64,000 nt of DNA from Cyanobacteria bacterium P01_A01_bin.123 (GTDB lineage Bacteria > Cyanobacteriota > Cyanobacteriia > Phormidesmidales > Phormidesmidaceae). The DNA lies in NCBI GenBank assembly GCA_039815185.1, contig JBCBZT010000010.1, positions 32,001 to 96,000 of the forward strand. The letters run 5' to 3'. Positions 32,070 to 42,056 of the stretch are shown here, one piece after another (the stretch's first letter is position 1; every line of letters begins with the position of its first letter). The notes below the pieces were generated by a model, which did no database searches, was not told where the DNA came from, and worked only from the letters and a program-made list of their open reading frames with translations. Position numbers and translations under genes: made by a program.

Positions 32070-32255
32070 ATGGCCAAACGCCGTAATCCTAAGAAAGAAA
32101 AAGCACTCCGAAATCAAGCATACGCTCGTAAGTTTCGCAAACGCTCTAACTCAGGTCGTTTCTTCAAGCGTCGTTATCAGTCTTCAGAAGAGTCAACTGA
32201 GAACAACAACCAGGAAGATGACAAGGAATCCTCTGACCAAGGCGCACGGGTTTAA
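32070..32255 (+). CDS. Small protein with basic N-terminus and acidic C-terminus
   Basis: MAKRRNPKKEKALRNQAYARKFRKR; good RBS (AAGAGGT) upstream. Confidence 0.7.
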   Translation: MAKRRNPKKEKALRNQAYARKFRKRSNSGRFFKRRYQSSEESTENNNQEDDKESSDQGARV

Positions 32256-32346
32256 TGGAAGCTTTTTTGTGACGGCTACCTTTTGTCACTGCTACGTTTT
32301 ATGACTTCCGTCTAAGATGTATAGGCTGACTCCGGATTGTTGATGT

Positions 32347-33450
32347 CTACCCCCTCCACAAATGCTGTGGGGGGGGTAGTGTTTTTTGAGCCAGCACCTG
32401 GTTGATGGCGGCGGCGGCGGCAATGCCTGAGTCTAAAGCTGACCCAATCGACTGACCGCCGCACCAGTCTCCACAGCAGAGTAACGGCAAAGTGTGGACG
32501 GATAAGCGGTAAGGCCCCGCCAGGGGTTGATTGACCAAGGCATAGCGCCAGCGATGCACCTGAGACCAGTCCGGTTGGGCCAAATTAAAGCCCAGGGCTG
32601 CGCCTGCTGCTTGCAGCAGTTGAGTGCCACTGGGGTTTAAATCGGGGGCATCGATACATTGATCGGCAAATTCAGGGCTGCTTTGAATCACCACAACCGG
32701 TTGGGGTGGGGCGGGGCGTTTGCTGCTGTCTAGCCCCAGCCATTGCAGTACGGGATGATTTGAACCCTGCACCATCCAGCCGATGTTTGCCCCCGCTAGC
32801 CCGTCAAAATCCCCATCAAGCTGCAAGACGCGATCGCGCGGATAGCCTGCCATCACCGTTACACAAGCTGCGTAATTTACAGCCCTGAGGACATCGACCC
32901 AATCGGCTGGAATTAAATTCAGGGTTACCAGCGGCGTGAGCAAAGCCAGGGCTTGGGGGGCGGGGATAGCGAGGACTAAGGCTTTGGCCTCACAACTGAG
33001 CGAGTCTACGGCGTTGGGATCTTCACAGGTAATTTGCCAGGTGTTTTGAGGGGTTTGGGTCAGGGCAGTCACGCGCTGCTGGCGATGGACGTTGAGGCCC
33101 TCGCCTAAAAACTTACCCAAACTGTTCATGCCTAAGGGTGCGATCGCTAAGTTGCGTTTAGCAACGCGGTGGAGATTGCCCGCCGCTGTCAGTTGGTAGC
33201 TCCGGTAGGGCCAAAGTTGCAGCAGGTTTTGGGTTTGCAACGTTTGAATCAGATCAGCCAGCAGCCCATGTTCAAAGGCGACATAGCGGGCTCCGTGGTC
33301 GGCACAGGTTCCGTGCAAACGGCGAGTTGCCATACGGCCACCGAGTCCCCGTGACTTTTCTAAAAGGCCAACGCTGTACCCGGCAGCTTGCAGCGATCGT
33401 CCACAGATCAACCCCGCCATCCCTGCGCCCACAATGGCAACATCCCACAC
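32347..33450 (-). CDS. FAD/NAD(P)-dependent oxidoreductase (renalase-like)
   Basis: GAGMAG, EKSRGLGGRMATRR, DHGA, HRWRYA and CGDW. Confidence 0.9.
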   Translation of the reverse strand: MWDVAIVGAGMAGLICGRSLQAAGYSVGLLEKSRGLGGRMATRRLHGTCADHGARYVAFEHGLLADLIQTLQTQNLLQLWPYRSYQLTAAGNLHRVAKRNLAIAPLGMNSLGKFLGEGLNVHRQQRVTALTQTPQNTWQITCEDPNAVDSLSCEAKALVLAIPAPQALALLTPLVTLNLIPADWVDVLRAVNYAACVTVMAGYPRDRVLQLDGDFDGLAGANIGWMVQGSNHPVLQWLGLDSSKRPAPPQPVVVIQSSPEFADQCIDAPDLNPSGTQLLQAAGAALGFNLAQPDWSQVHRWRYALVNQPLAGPYRLSVHTLPLLCCGDWCGGQSIGSALDSGIAAAAAINQVLAQKTLPPPQHLWRG

Positions 33451-33524
33451 CGATCGTTTTCTCCTTAACTCCTTATGTAGAATAAAAACAGACTTCCAAC
33501 CCTAAAACCACACTGGTATCGACC

Positions 33525-34382
33525 GTGGATGAACTTAGAACAGCCCTTGAACTCGCAACGGATGAAGAATTGCAATCCGTAACTGATATTCTATTTCAAC
33601 CTAAATTTAATCCCCTTGATTATTTCTATACGCCCCATCCCATTGATGTGCAAAGTCAAGATCGCCAGCAGTGGATTGAGACTTTAGAAGATCGGTTCCG
33701 GTTCTTGGCTGCCGATGGTGTCACGGTATTACGGCGTCGCAGCGATCAGTTTTCCTATCGGGATGCGTTGCTGCAAGTCTGTCGTTATCTCAAGTTCTCC
33801 TACAGTCAAGCGTTATCCACGGCAGAACTGGAAGCGGAAGTCTTTTTGTGTCTGTTAGAGCAAGCCTGGAAGCGATTGCCCAAGCAGGAGCGTAAAGTGC
33901 TTCAACACCACATTCAGCAAACGCTGTCGGCAACCCCTCAGTTTCAACAGTTACCCACGGCCTTACAGCAAGACCCCATGGGGCTCTTGTTCAAGGGTGG
34001 TAGTGCGTTAGCGGTGAATTCAGTCGTGCGCCCCTGGTTGCTGGCCCAGGTATCGCGCCAGTTTGCGCTGCATTTGGCGCGATATCAGTTGGCACAGCAG
34101 GCCCTGCGGAGCGGGGTGGCCACTGCCACTCAGTTACAAAGTCGTACGGCGCTGCAGGTGGCGTCGCGGGGTATGGCCGTGAATGCGGCCCGCTATGGTT
34201 TGGTGCGAGGGGTATTTGCCGTTGTGGGGCCAGCCCTGTGGGCCTGGTTCTTGGCAGATTTAGGGTGGCGGGCGATCGCCACAAATTATGGCCGGGTCGT
34301 ACCCGTTGTGTTTACTCTGGCGCAAATTCGTCTAACGCGCAGCGAATTTGCGACTCCTGAGTTCGGATTTGAACCCGCTTAG
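33525..34382 (+). CDS. YaaW-family conserved cyanobacterial protein
   Basis: MDELRTALELATDEEL, RFRFLAADG and IATNYGRVVP motifs. Confidence 0.75.
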   Translation: MDELRTALELATDEELQSVTDILFQPKFNPLDYFYTPHPIDVQSQDRQQWIETLEDRFRFLAADGVTVLRRRSDQFSYRDALLQVCRYLKFSYSQALSTAELEAEVFLCLLEQAWKRLPKQERKVLQHHIQQTLSATPQFQQLPTALQQDPMGLLFKGGSALAVNSVVRPWLLAQVSRQFALHLARYQLAQQALRSGVATATQLQSRTALQVASRGMAVNAARYGLVRGVFAVVGPALWAWFLADLGWRAIATNYGRVVPVVFTLAQIRLTRSEFATPEFGFEPA

Positions 34383-34395
34383 GAATTGGGAACGG

Positions 34396-35292
34396 ATGTC
34401 AGAGTCAGCCCCCCAGGCAATGAACCACTATGCGCTGCTCGGCCTCAAGCCGGGGGCATCAGTACAGGCTATTCGTCAGGCCTATCGAGACCTAAGTAAG
34501 CTTTACCATCCCGATACGACAACCTTGCCTGCCGCGATCGCCACCGATAAATTTCAACAGCTCAATGAAGCCTATGCAACCCTGAGTAATCCTGAACGAC
34601 GCTTGGCTTATGACCACAAGATTGGCTATTCTCGCATTGCGGTCATGCAGTCTCGGTTGGATTTGAACCAGCCTGTCTCTCGTCATCAGGGTAACCGCGA
34701 CAGTCGCGATCGCTCAGCTTATTTGGACCCAACCGATCGCCCCCTGTCTGCGGGTGAAATGTTTGCTTTGTTTATCTTGGGTGTGACCTTTGCGGCTTGT
34801 TTAGTATTGGTGGTCACGATTGGCCTCACCCAAGGCGAAGTGGCGTTTGGGCCGTTGATGCCACCAGATTTGACGATTAGCCCACCCCCCGTCGATTATC
34901 CAGTTGACTATCCCATTGAACCGCCCATAGAAGGAGCGATTGAGAATCCATCACAATCTGATACTGTCTCTGATTTTCCGGAAACTAAGGCGGTTCCCGT
35001 CAGTTCACCCGATGCCCAGCCAGCAACTACAGCTCCGGATCCAACGACTCCCTGGGCCTCCCAGACAAACGCTGCCAATCAAGCCACAACGCTAACGGTA
35101 GATGAATCCTCGCCGCCGCTAGGGGCTGTCCTCAACAGTCAGCCCTTAGACAAGGAAGAGCTGCATCCATCTACGCCTGTTGAAGCCCTTGAATCAGAGT
35201 CTCAAGCTGTTCAAACCCCGGTTTTGTCTACTGACAATATGCCTCAGCCTTTGTCTAGCGAATCCAACGTTGACAATTACCCAGATACTTGA
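34396..35292 (+). CDS. J-domain protein with TM segment and disordered Pro-rich tail
   Basis: HYALLGL...YHPD...LNEAYATL. Confidence 0.85.
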   Translation: MSESAPQAMNHYALLGLKPGASVQAIRQAYRDLSKLYHPDTTTLPAAIATDKFQQLNEAYATLSNPERRLAYDHKIGYSRIAVMQSRLDLNQPVSRHQGNRDSRDRSAYLDPTDRPLSAGEMFALFILGVTFAACLVLVVTIGLTQGEVAFGPLMPPDLTISPPPVDYPVDYPIEPPIEGAIENPSQSDTVSDFPETKAVPVSSPDAQPATTAPDPTTPWASQTNAANQATTLTVDESSPPLGAVLNSQPLDKEELHPSTPVEALESESQAVQTPVLSTDNMPQPLSSESNVDNYPDT

Positions 35293-35332
35293 GAGAGCAA
35301 ACTTTCCTAACGCGATCGCGTTTATTCACTTT

Positions 35333-35605
35333 ATGGCTTTACCGTCCGCTGAAACTCCGTTGTACAACCATCCCCTACCTGACATTGAGCAGTGGCTTAC
35401 GGCTCAGGGGGGTAAACAAGATCCCAGCAACTTAGAGTGTTGGCACATTGACCGTCCTCGCTGGCAGGCAGAAATTCTGCTAGAAATTGATTCCCTCGTG
35501 GTGCGCTACGTCAATGCCGGAGCCGATGGGAAAGATATTCAGCGGGTCTTCAAATATTCTTTAAGTCGCAAAGACTTAGAAGAAGCAATTTTTTCGGGGC
35601 CTTAA
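35333..35605 (+). CDS. DUF3143 family protein
   Basis: TPLYNHPLPDIEQWL and FKYSLSRKDLEEAIFSGP. Confidence 0.8.
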   Translation: MALPSAETPLYNHPLPDIEQWLTAQGGKQDPSNLECWHIDRPRWQAEILLEIDSLVVRYVNAGADGKDIQRVFKYSLSRKDLEEAIFSGP

Positions 35606-35735
35606 TGTGACTCGAGAACAGCCATGATTCAAACAGCTAGATGTGAACTGTCGAGGCAGTACAGGCTGTAATTGTTCATGCATTAGATAATTTTATTCGG
35701 TATCGTAATTGCACTAGCTGCCCGCAACTCAAGCT

Positions 35736-36638
35736 ATGTTGATTCAGCGTTACTTTAAAGGGCTAAAGTCTTATTTTCGCTACTTTATTTTCGGCAGCAC
35801 GCTCTTCTTTGTTGCGATCACGATAAAGGAGAATTGGCAAGAAATTGCTGAAGTTCAGTTGACCGGATTGAGTTGGATTTATCTAACACTCGCATTAGGA
35901 ATGACCTTGCTGGCTCATGTTTGGTCTGGTTGGGTTTGGCACTGGATTTTGATAGTCTTTGATCATCCTCTAGGAGGATGGTGGGGGGTTAGGGTTTATC
36001 TGAAGACGAACATCGCCAAATATCTACCCGGCAATGTTTGGCACTTTTACGGGCGTGTACGAGCCGTTCAATCCACCGGGGCATCCTTAGGTAAAGCGAC
36101 TGCTAGCGTCGCGCTCGAGCCCTTACTCATGGCAGCTGCAGCCTTGACGCTGGCGTCTATTAGTAGCTGGTATTTTGGGGCAATCCGGCTAATTCTGCTG
36201 ATTATAGTCTTGATCAGCGTTCATCCGTTCATTCTCAATCCTATCCTCAGAAAATTGAGCCAGTTAAAGGCAAACGCCCAAGATTCTCAAATCGCGGCTA
36301 GTGTGGTTTACCTCAATCGCTATCCTTTAAAGCCGTTCCTGGGAGAGCTAGCCTTTATCATGCTTCGCTGTTTAGGGTTTATTCTGGTAGTCTTTGCCTT
36401 GCAACCCATTAGCCCAGCTCAGGTGTTGACACTGGTAGGTGCCTTTAGCATTGCCTGGCTGTTAGGTTTAATTGTGCCGGTTGCCCCAGGTGGTATCGGC
36501 GTCTTTGAGGCAACAGCAATTACACTGCTCAACGGCCAGTTAGCAACGGGTACCATTCTCAGCAGCATTGCCGCCTACCGACTCATCAGTACGCTTGCTG
36601 AATTGGGTGGGGCCGGGCTAGTCTATCTCTTTGAGTAA
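35736..36638 (+). CDS. UPF0104 / LPG-synthase TM-domain membrane protein (putative flippase)
   Basis: AKYLPGNVW, PGGIGVFE and YRLI motifs; multi-TM. Confidence 0.85.
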   Translation: MLIQRYFKGLKSYFRYFIFGSTLFFVAITIKENWQEIAEVQLTGLSWIYLTLALGMTLLAHVWSGWVWHWILIVFDHPLGGWWGVRVYLKTNIAKYLPGNVWHFYGRVRAVQSTGASLGKATASVALEPLLMAAAALTLASISSWYFGAIRLILLIIVLISVHPFILNPILRKLSQLKANAQDSQIAASVVYLNRYPLKPFLGELAFIMLRCLGFILVVFALQPISPAQVLTLVGAFSIAWLLGLIVPVAPGGIGVFEATAITLLNGQLATGTILSSIAAYRLISTLAELGGAGLVYLFE

Positions 36639-36731
36639 TCATGGCTGAGGATTTTCGGTCTGGCTCTGATGCTGTTCTGGCTCTTATATGATTATCAAAT
36701 ACGAATAAAGTCACAGTCGATGTGAGCTACT

Positions 36732-37757
36732 ATGCATCATTCTGAAATTGCTGCTTCCCCCGTTGCTGAGCCATATGAGGTTTGTGCACTCTCTGTCGTA
36801 GTGCCCATGTACAACGAGTACGAAAGTATTCCTACACTGATTGAAAGTATCACCTCTGTCCTGCAGACGATGGGGATTCGGTCTGAGTTGATATGCGTCG
36901 ATGATGGGTCTCGTGATGGGTCACCTGACTTGTTACGAGAGTTGATCACCCACTACCCTGACCTAAAAGTGATTTTATTACGTCGCAACTATGGGCAAAC
37001 AGCTGCCATGGCAGCTGGCTTTAACTACGCTTCTGGTCAAGCCATTGTGACACTTGACGGTGATCTACAAAATGAACCAGCTGATATTCCAACCGTTTTT
37101 AACAAGCTCAATGAAGGCTATGACTTAGTGAGTGGTTGGCGCAAAGCGCGGCAAGATCATGCCATCACCCGCTTACTCCCCTCAAAGATCGCGAACTGGT
37201 TGATTGGTCGGGTGACTGGCGTTCAGCTCCACGACTATGGTTGTTCCCTAAAGGCATATCAGGCTGAAGTTCTCCGTGATATGAACCTCTACGGAGAACT
37301 TCACCGCTTTCTACCGATACTAGCCTTTATTGAAGGAGCCCGGATTACGGAGATTCCGGTTCGCCACCATGCCCGACAGTTTGGTCATAGCAAATATGGT
37401 CTAGGGCGAACCCTAAGGGTCATCTTAGATTTGATGACAATTTACTTTATGAAGACCTTTTTGACACGACCCATGCATGTCTTTGGACTGTTTGGACTCC
37501 TGTCAATTTTCTCAGGATTAGCGTTGAGTGTTTATCTGGCGTATGAGAAATTTATCGCTCTAAATGATATTGGCAATCGACCGTTATTGCTGTTAGCTGT
37601 TGTTCTATTTCTTTCAGGAATTCAGCTTTTTTGCTTTGGGCTATTGGCTGAAATCATGATGCGGACTTACCATGAATCCCAAAAGCGTCCGATTTATCGT
37701 GTTCGAGAAATCCTCGGGGGGCATCTCTCTTATCAGGGAATGCTTCCATCACTGTAG
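36732..37757 (+). CDS. GT2 polyprenol-phosphate glycosyltransferase (GtrB/ArnC-like)
   Basis: PMYNE, VDDGSRD, RNYGQTAA, LDGDLQ and two C-terminal TM helices. Confidence 0.9.
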   Translation: MHHSEIAASPVAEPYEVCALSVVVPMYNEYESIPTLIESITSVLQTMGIRSELICVDDGSRDGSPDLLRELITHYPDLKVILLRRNYGQTAAMAAGFNYASGQAIVTLDGDLQNEPADIPTVFNKLNEGYDLVSGWRKARQDHAITRLLPSKIANWLIGRVTGVQLHDYGCSLKAYQAEVLRDMNLYGELHRFLPILAFIEGARITEIPVRHHARQFGHSKYGLGRTLRVILDLMTIYFMKTFLTRPMHVFGLFGLLSIFSGLALSVYLAYEKFIALNDIGNRPLLLLAVVLFLSGIQLFCFGLLAEIMMRTYHESQKRPIYRVREILGGHLSYQGMLPSL

Positions 37758-37830
37758 TGGTTTCTCATCCCCATGACTCTGCAAGGGGACAGAACCCTTA
37801 AATGAGTGTTGACTTGCCCATTGGAATTTT

Positions 37831-39699
37831 ATGTCTCTCAAGTCTATTGTGCGATCGCTACAGACTTATGGTTTTGCACTACTGAGTGCTCTGGTGGCCT
37901 ACGGCTATTCATTTACTCGGTCTAATATCTACAATCAGATGCCGACTATCTCAGCCCTACTCAATAGCGACCTGTTTAGCCAAGACTTCTACGTTCAAGA
38001 GATGACGGAGTTTACGCCCAGGTTTTATTACTATCACCTGATGCTGTTTTTTCATCAGCTGGGGCTTAGCCTACCGATTGTGGCTTTTGGTCTCTTTGTG
38101 CTGGCGTTTAGCTCAACGGTTCTAGGGCTTTGGGCAATTGGGAAACATTTGGGACATTCAACCTTTGCGGGCCTAGCACTGGCTTTTTTGGCACTGGCTG
38201 TTGACAGCAGCACTCTGGGGGAGACCGATATATTTAGGGTCGAACCGATTGCGGCTATCTATGCTATGGGACTGGCCGTTTGGGGTATCTATTTTTGCTG
38301 TCGCAGGCAATGGCAGTTGGGCTACCTGATGTTTGGCTTGGCCTGTTTGCTACAATTCTTGATTGGGTTTTTGCCCGCCTGCCTCTGGGGAGTGCCGTTG
38401 CTGGTGGAGGTAATTCGGCAGCGGCGGCCAGCCAAACTTTTGGGTTCTTTGCTGATATTTAGTTTGTTTGCGTCCCTGGTTTATATTCCGATGGCGGCAG
38501 CAGGTAACACCAGCAGTGCAGAACTGAGTGACCCTACTTTTATCCATCTCTATGGCTATGTTCGACATCCACACCACATCATTGTGTCGTCTTTTCCGGT
38601 TAAACACTGGCGATCTTTCATCAGTTTGATTGGAGGGGGCTTGATCTGCCTACGGCTTTCAACGACGCTCAGCTCAGTTCAGAAGCGTGATCTGGCGATG
38701 ATAATCGCAACCGCCTGCGGTCTGCTAGTGGTGGGCTATGTTTTCGTGGAGCAGATTCCGATTGCGCTGATAGCCAAACTCCAGTTTGCTAGAACAACAC
38801 CCTTTGCCATGATTGCGGCGTTGGCTTCGATTGGCGTCGTTGCTAGTGAATATCATCACCGGGGTAATTATCCCGTCAGTCTGCTGCTGATAGCGCTACC
38901 GCTAGTTGATTGGGTAGGGCCGACGTCATTACTGATTCTGACAGGGCTGCTGTGGCTAGCTAGAGCCTGTGAGCAGTCTCCATTGAAGTTGCGGCTACCG
39001 CTGTTGCGGCTAGAAAAGCTGAAGCTTACGGCGCGGCGGGATATTGCGATCGCATATGCCCTATTTCTGATCGTGCTTTTAGCCTGCTGGGCTTACTTGC
39101 CCGTCTTTTTTGCAAGTCTAGCGTATCCACTGTTGAGACGACCCTTTCCGAAGTTTTTTCAGCGCTCAAGAATGTCAATTGGGGTGATTACAGTAGGGCT
39201 TTTGCTTTATCTTGGCCTGCACCTATCAGGGACGGTGACCCACACAAGGCTGACACCGCTGCATCAAAAAATGGGGATTTATCCTCAGCAAGATGAGGCT
39301 AAGAAGCTGATAGCAGCTCAGTTTAGACAACTGAGCCCCGCAGATGCGTTAGTGCTTGTGCCGCCCTCTGACACTGAGTTTCGCTATTATGCTGAGCGCT
39401 CCGTGGTAGCCACCTTTAAGAGTTTTCCGTTTACTGACCAGGGCATTCTGACATGGCAGACACGGCTGGAGCGGATCCTAGGCCCACTCAGTTACGAGAT
39501 AATGTCACCCACCTATGCAGACGAGTTGTATAGTCAGCGCAGTAGCCAAGAGCTAACTGAGATCGCTCAGGAATATCAGGCTGATTACATTTTGACTCGA
39601 CACACTTGGCACCCGGATATTGACGGTGATGTCATTGTTGAAGTGGATGATTGGCAGGTGTATAGCTTGCTTCCCTCAAACAGCACGTTTCCAAACTGA
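37831..39699 (+). CDS. Polytopic membrane protein, DUF6798 / GT-C-like
   Basis: More than 10 TM segments; LFSQDFYV early loop; RHPHH; C-terminal FRYYAERSVV..FKSFP soluble domain. Confidence 0.65.
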   Translation: MSLKSIVRSLQTYGFALLSALVAYGYSFTRSNIYNQMPTISALLNSDLFSQDFYVQEMTEFTPRFYYYHLMLFFHQLGLSLPIVAFGLFVLAFSSTVLGLWAIGKHLGHSTFAGLALAFLALAVDSSTLGETDIFRVEPIAAIYAMGLAVWGIYFCCRRQWQLGYLMFGLACLLQFLIGFLPACLWGVPLLVEVIRQRRPAKLLGSLLIFSLFASLVYIPMAAAGNTSSAELSDPTFIHLYGYVRHPHHIIVSSFPVKHWRSFISLIGGGLICLRLSTTLSSVQKRDLAMIIATACGLLVVGYVFVEQIPIALIAKLQFARTTPFAMIAALASIGVVASEYHHRGNYPVSLLLIALPLVDWVGPTSLLILTGLLWLARACEQSPLKLRLPLLRLEKLKLTARRDIAIAYALFLIVLLACWAYLPVFFASLAYPLLRRPFPKFFQRSRMSIGVITVGLLLYLGLHLSGTVTHTRLTPLHQKMGIYPQQDEAKKLIAAQFRQLSPADALVLVPPSDTEFRYYAERSVVATFKSFPFTDQGILTWQTRLERILGPLSYEIMSPTYADELYSQRSSQELTEIAQEYQADYILTRHTWHPDIDGDVIVEVDDWQVYSLLPSNSTFPN

Positions 39700-40314
39700 A
39701 CCTGGTCTCGACGTATCAATTCGATAGTCAGTCACCTGAATCTCGAACAAGCGTCTGCCGAAATGATAAGCCCGGTTGATTGGATCGCTGGGATCTTGCG
39801 ATACTTCACCGCGTCGATTCCCAAAGCCCTGGACAACGCCGACAAAACTTGAATGGGTATACCGGGCATATTCTTGGATTTCGTGCAAAACACCGAGCGG
39901 TGCTCCAACGTAACTTTCCTCAGAACTTAGCATCAACGCAATACGCTTACCACAGAGATCATCAATGACGTCTGACGCAGCAGGATACGAGGCAGCAATG
40001 TAGCAAAAGATGCGATCGAAAAAAGTCTTGAGTTGCCCAGAAATACCATACCAATACAAGGGCGTTGCAAAAATAACGGCATCTGCCTTTAAAAACTTGT
40101 CCTGTAGCAATGTTGCAAAATCGTCGTTGATAGTGCAATGCCCTTCTGGGTTACGACATTGCCGACAATCCCGCAGAAAAACCTTGAGATAATCGTCTAA
40201 ATAAACCAATTCTGTTGTGTGACCTATCTCTTGCCCACCCTTTAGAGCAGCCTCTGCCAATAAGTAAGAATTTCCATTACGGCGAGGACTAGAACTAATC
40301 GCTAAAACATTCAT
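39676..40314 (-). CDS. Flavodoxin-like NAD(P)H-dependent FMN reductase / iron-sulfur flavoprotein family
   Basis: SSPRRNGNS, CRQC..C, ATPLYWY and LKTFFDR. Confidence 0.88.
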   Translation of the reverse strand: MNVLAISSSPRRNGNSYLLAEAALKGGQEIGHTTELVYLDDYLKVFLRDCRQCRNPEGHCTINDDFATLLQDKFLKADAVIFATPLYWYGISGQLKTFFDRIFCYIAASYPAASDVIDDLCGKRIALMLSSEESYVGAPLGVLHEIQEYARYTHSSFVGVVQGFGNRRGEVSQDPSDPINRAYHFGRRLFEIQVTDYRIDTSRPGSVWKRAV

Positions 40315-40363
40315 CAAAAAATCTCCCTCAACTTGAGAATATAAGGATGTATTGTGAATTGCT

Positions 40364-41191
40364 TCACAAACTACATACAGGAAACTGAATTTCAATGATT
40401 GAAAACTCAAGATTCCCCAAAGAATCGACATCTGCTATTTTGGGTTGCAGGTAAATTTCTCGATTTGAACCTGCAACCTGATAATTGTTGGCTTCAATCC
40501 AGTGCAGCAGTGCATTGAAAGCTTGAACAAGCGTATCGTAGCTACCATGATGAATGGTGCAAGCCATTTGCTGAACTTCTGGTAAGACGTAAGATTTAAC
40601 TCTCCCACTTCCAGAAAATGAGTGGCTAACGGGCACAACCGCTTCAGCATCTACATTGTTAACTCGGTATTCTGCGTCGTGCCAAAGCGTTTGAGGGAAT
40701 CCAACAACTTCCACCTGCGGATGTCGCAAGCCATCCTTTAACTCAGCATGAAGGTGTTTAATGTCGCTGCAAATTGGCAAGACATCCCGAATTGCAGCGA
40801 CACTTTGCGCTGCTGCTTGCTTCAAAATCACATCATAAGGAGATGCAGAATCAGACTGCTCAATTTGCTGAAGCCGAGCTTCTATGCGTTTTAACCGTGT
40901 TTGCTCACCCTCAATGAGTTGTTGCACTTCTGCTTGTTTCAGACGCAGCATCCCCCGAATTTGAGCAGGTGGAATGTTATCGTTCAGGAGTTCGATGATC
41001 TGCTCAAGGGAAAATCCTAAGTCTTTGAAAGCCACGATTTGATTTAATCGAGAAAGTTGTTCAGCCGAGTAGTAGCGATATCCAGTGAACGGGTCAACCT
41101 GGAAAGGTTTGAGTAACCCCATTTGGTCATATAAGCGCAATGCTCTGACGGATACTCGGCTAAGTCTAGAAAAATCACCGATTTTAAACAT
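40364..41191 (-). CDS. MerR-family regulator with GyrI-like effector domain (BmrR-like)
   Basis: KIGDFSRLS..SVRALRLYDQMGLL, GYRYY and HHGSY...REIY. Confidence 0.92.
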   Translation of the reverse strand: MFKIGDFSRLSRVSVRALRLYDQMGLLKPFQVDPFTGYRYYSAEQLSRLNQIVAFKDLGFSLEQIIELLNDNIPPAQIRGMLRLKQAEVQQLIEGEQTRLKRIEARLQQIEQSDSASPYDVILKQAAAQSVAAIRDVLPICSDIKHLHAELKDGLRHPQVEVVGFPQTLWHDAEYRVNNVDAEAVVPVSHSFSGSGRVKSYVLPEVQQMACTIHHGSYDTLVQAFNALLHWIEANNYQVAGSNREIYLQPKIADVDSLGNLEFSIIEIQFPVCSL

Positions 41192-41197
41192 TGTGAG

Positions 41198-41488
41198 TTA
41201 CTCATCCGTTACACGCCGATCAATCCACTCTAAAATTTCAGTTTGAGACTCGCGAGTTGCAGAGCGTCCAGTCACAGGATGATAAGCGTGCCACCAAGTG
41301 TTTCCTAAACGGTCAATGGTTTGCCAGATTTTAGGATCGTGACTGGCATTGAGTTCTGTAACCCATAACTGCCAGACGCTTTGGAGCGCCAAGATTAATC
41401 TGAATTCTTGACGCTGGTGAGGCTTGGGCCAATAGCCGTCCGAGGCATTCAATGGCAGCTGATGGTTTGCAGTAGTTGTGTTTCTCAT
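41198..41488 (-). CDS. Small hypothetical protein (W-rich, WHAYHPVTGRS motif)
   Basis: Clean ORF with RBS AGGA, ending 6 nt before the merR start. Confidence 0.7.
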   Translation of the reverse strand: MRNTTTANHQLPLNASDGYWPKPHQRQEFRLILALQSVWQLWVTELNASHDPKIWQTIDRLGNTWWHAYHPVTGRSATRESQTEILEWIDRRVTDE

Positions 41489-41520
41489 CGTGATGAAGTT
41501 CCTTAGGAGCTATCAATCAC

Positions 41521-41551
41521 AGTGAACACTCTAACGTAGGGAGAGAGTCAA
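41521..41551 (-). promoter_or_regulatory. MerR-type promoter/operator with 19-bp spacer
   Basis: TTGACT-CTCTCCCTACGTTAGAGTG-TTCACT, with a CTCT...AGAG dyad in the spacer. Confidence 0.7.
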
Positions 41552-41988
41552 CTAGGATCTTCTCGCCGAGCCGGACGCCACAACGGTCCGACCGCGAGAA
41601 GGAGGACGAAGACGTTGAAGATGGCGTTCGAGACATTTCCCGAGGCTATGGATCCTGAACTGTCCAGCACAAACCAAGCGAGAAGACCGGTGAGTACCGC
41701 TTGACGCACAACCTCCGGCGCTATGTCATAAACCCGCGCCGACAGATACCAAATCGTGACGCCCCACCCCAAAAGGAATCCACCTGTTAGCGCAGACAGA
41801 AACCGGGTGTCGGGTGACGCATAGGTCTGCAGGCCATCTAACGGCCAGCTCAAAATATCCAGTGTCAATCGGGCCGGTTCCGATGTGGGCACCATTGTCC
41901 CTAAAAAGAAGACCGGCCCAAAAGACCCGACAACGATGGCAGTGATTTTTAGCCACAGCTTGTGAAAAGTGTGAGAATATTTCCCCAT
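41548..41988 (-). CDS. Hypothetical membrane protein (about 4 TM)
   Basis: Hydrophobic segments; WFVLDS.GS motif. Confidence 0.7.
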   Translation of the reverse strand: MGKYSHTFHKLWLKITAIVVGSFGPVFFLGTMVPTSEPARLTLDILSWPLDGLQTYASPDTRFLSALTGGFLLGWGVTIWYLSARVYDIAPEVVRQAVLTGLLAWFVLDSSGSIASGNVSNAIFNVFVLLLAVGPLWRPARREDPS

Positions 41989-42056
41989 AGTGTCTTAATT
42001 TCTGGATAAAAATAGAGTTATGCGGCTGTATAATACTTTTCAAATTTAGTCGAGAC

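Noticed and set aside
31978..32304. 108-aa ORF overlapping the small basic protein
   Set aside because: The nested 61-aa frame has the RBS and ATG and a more protein-like composition
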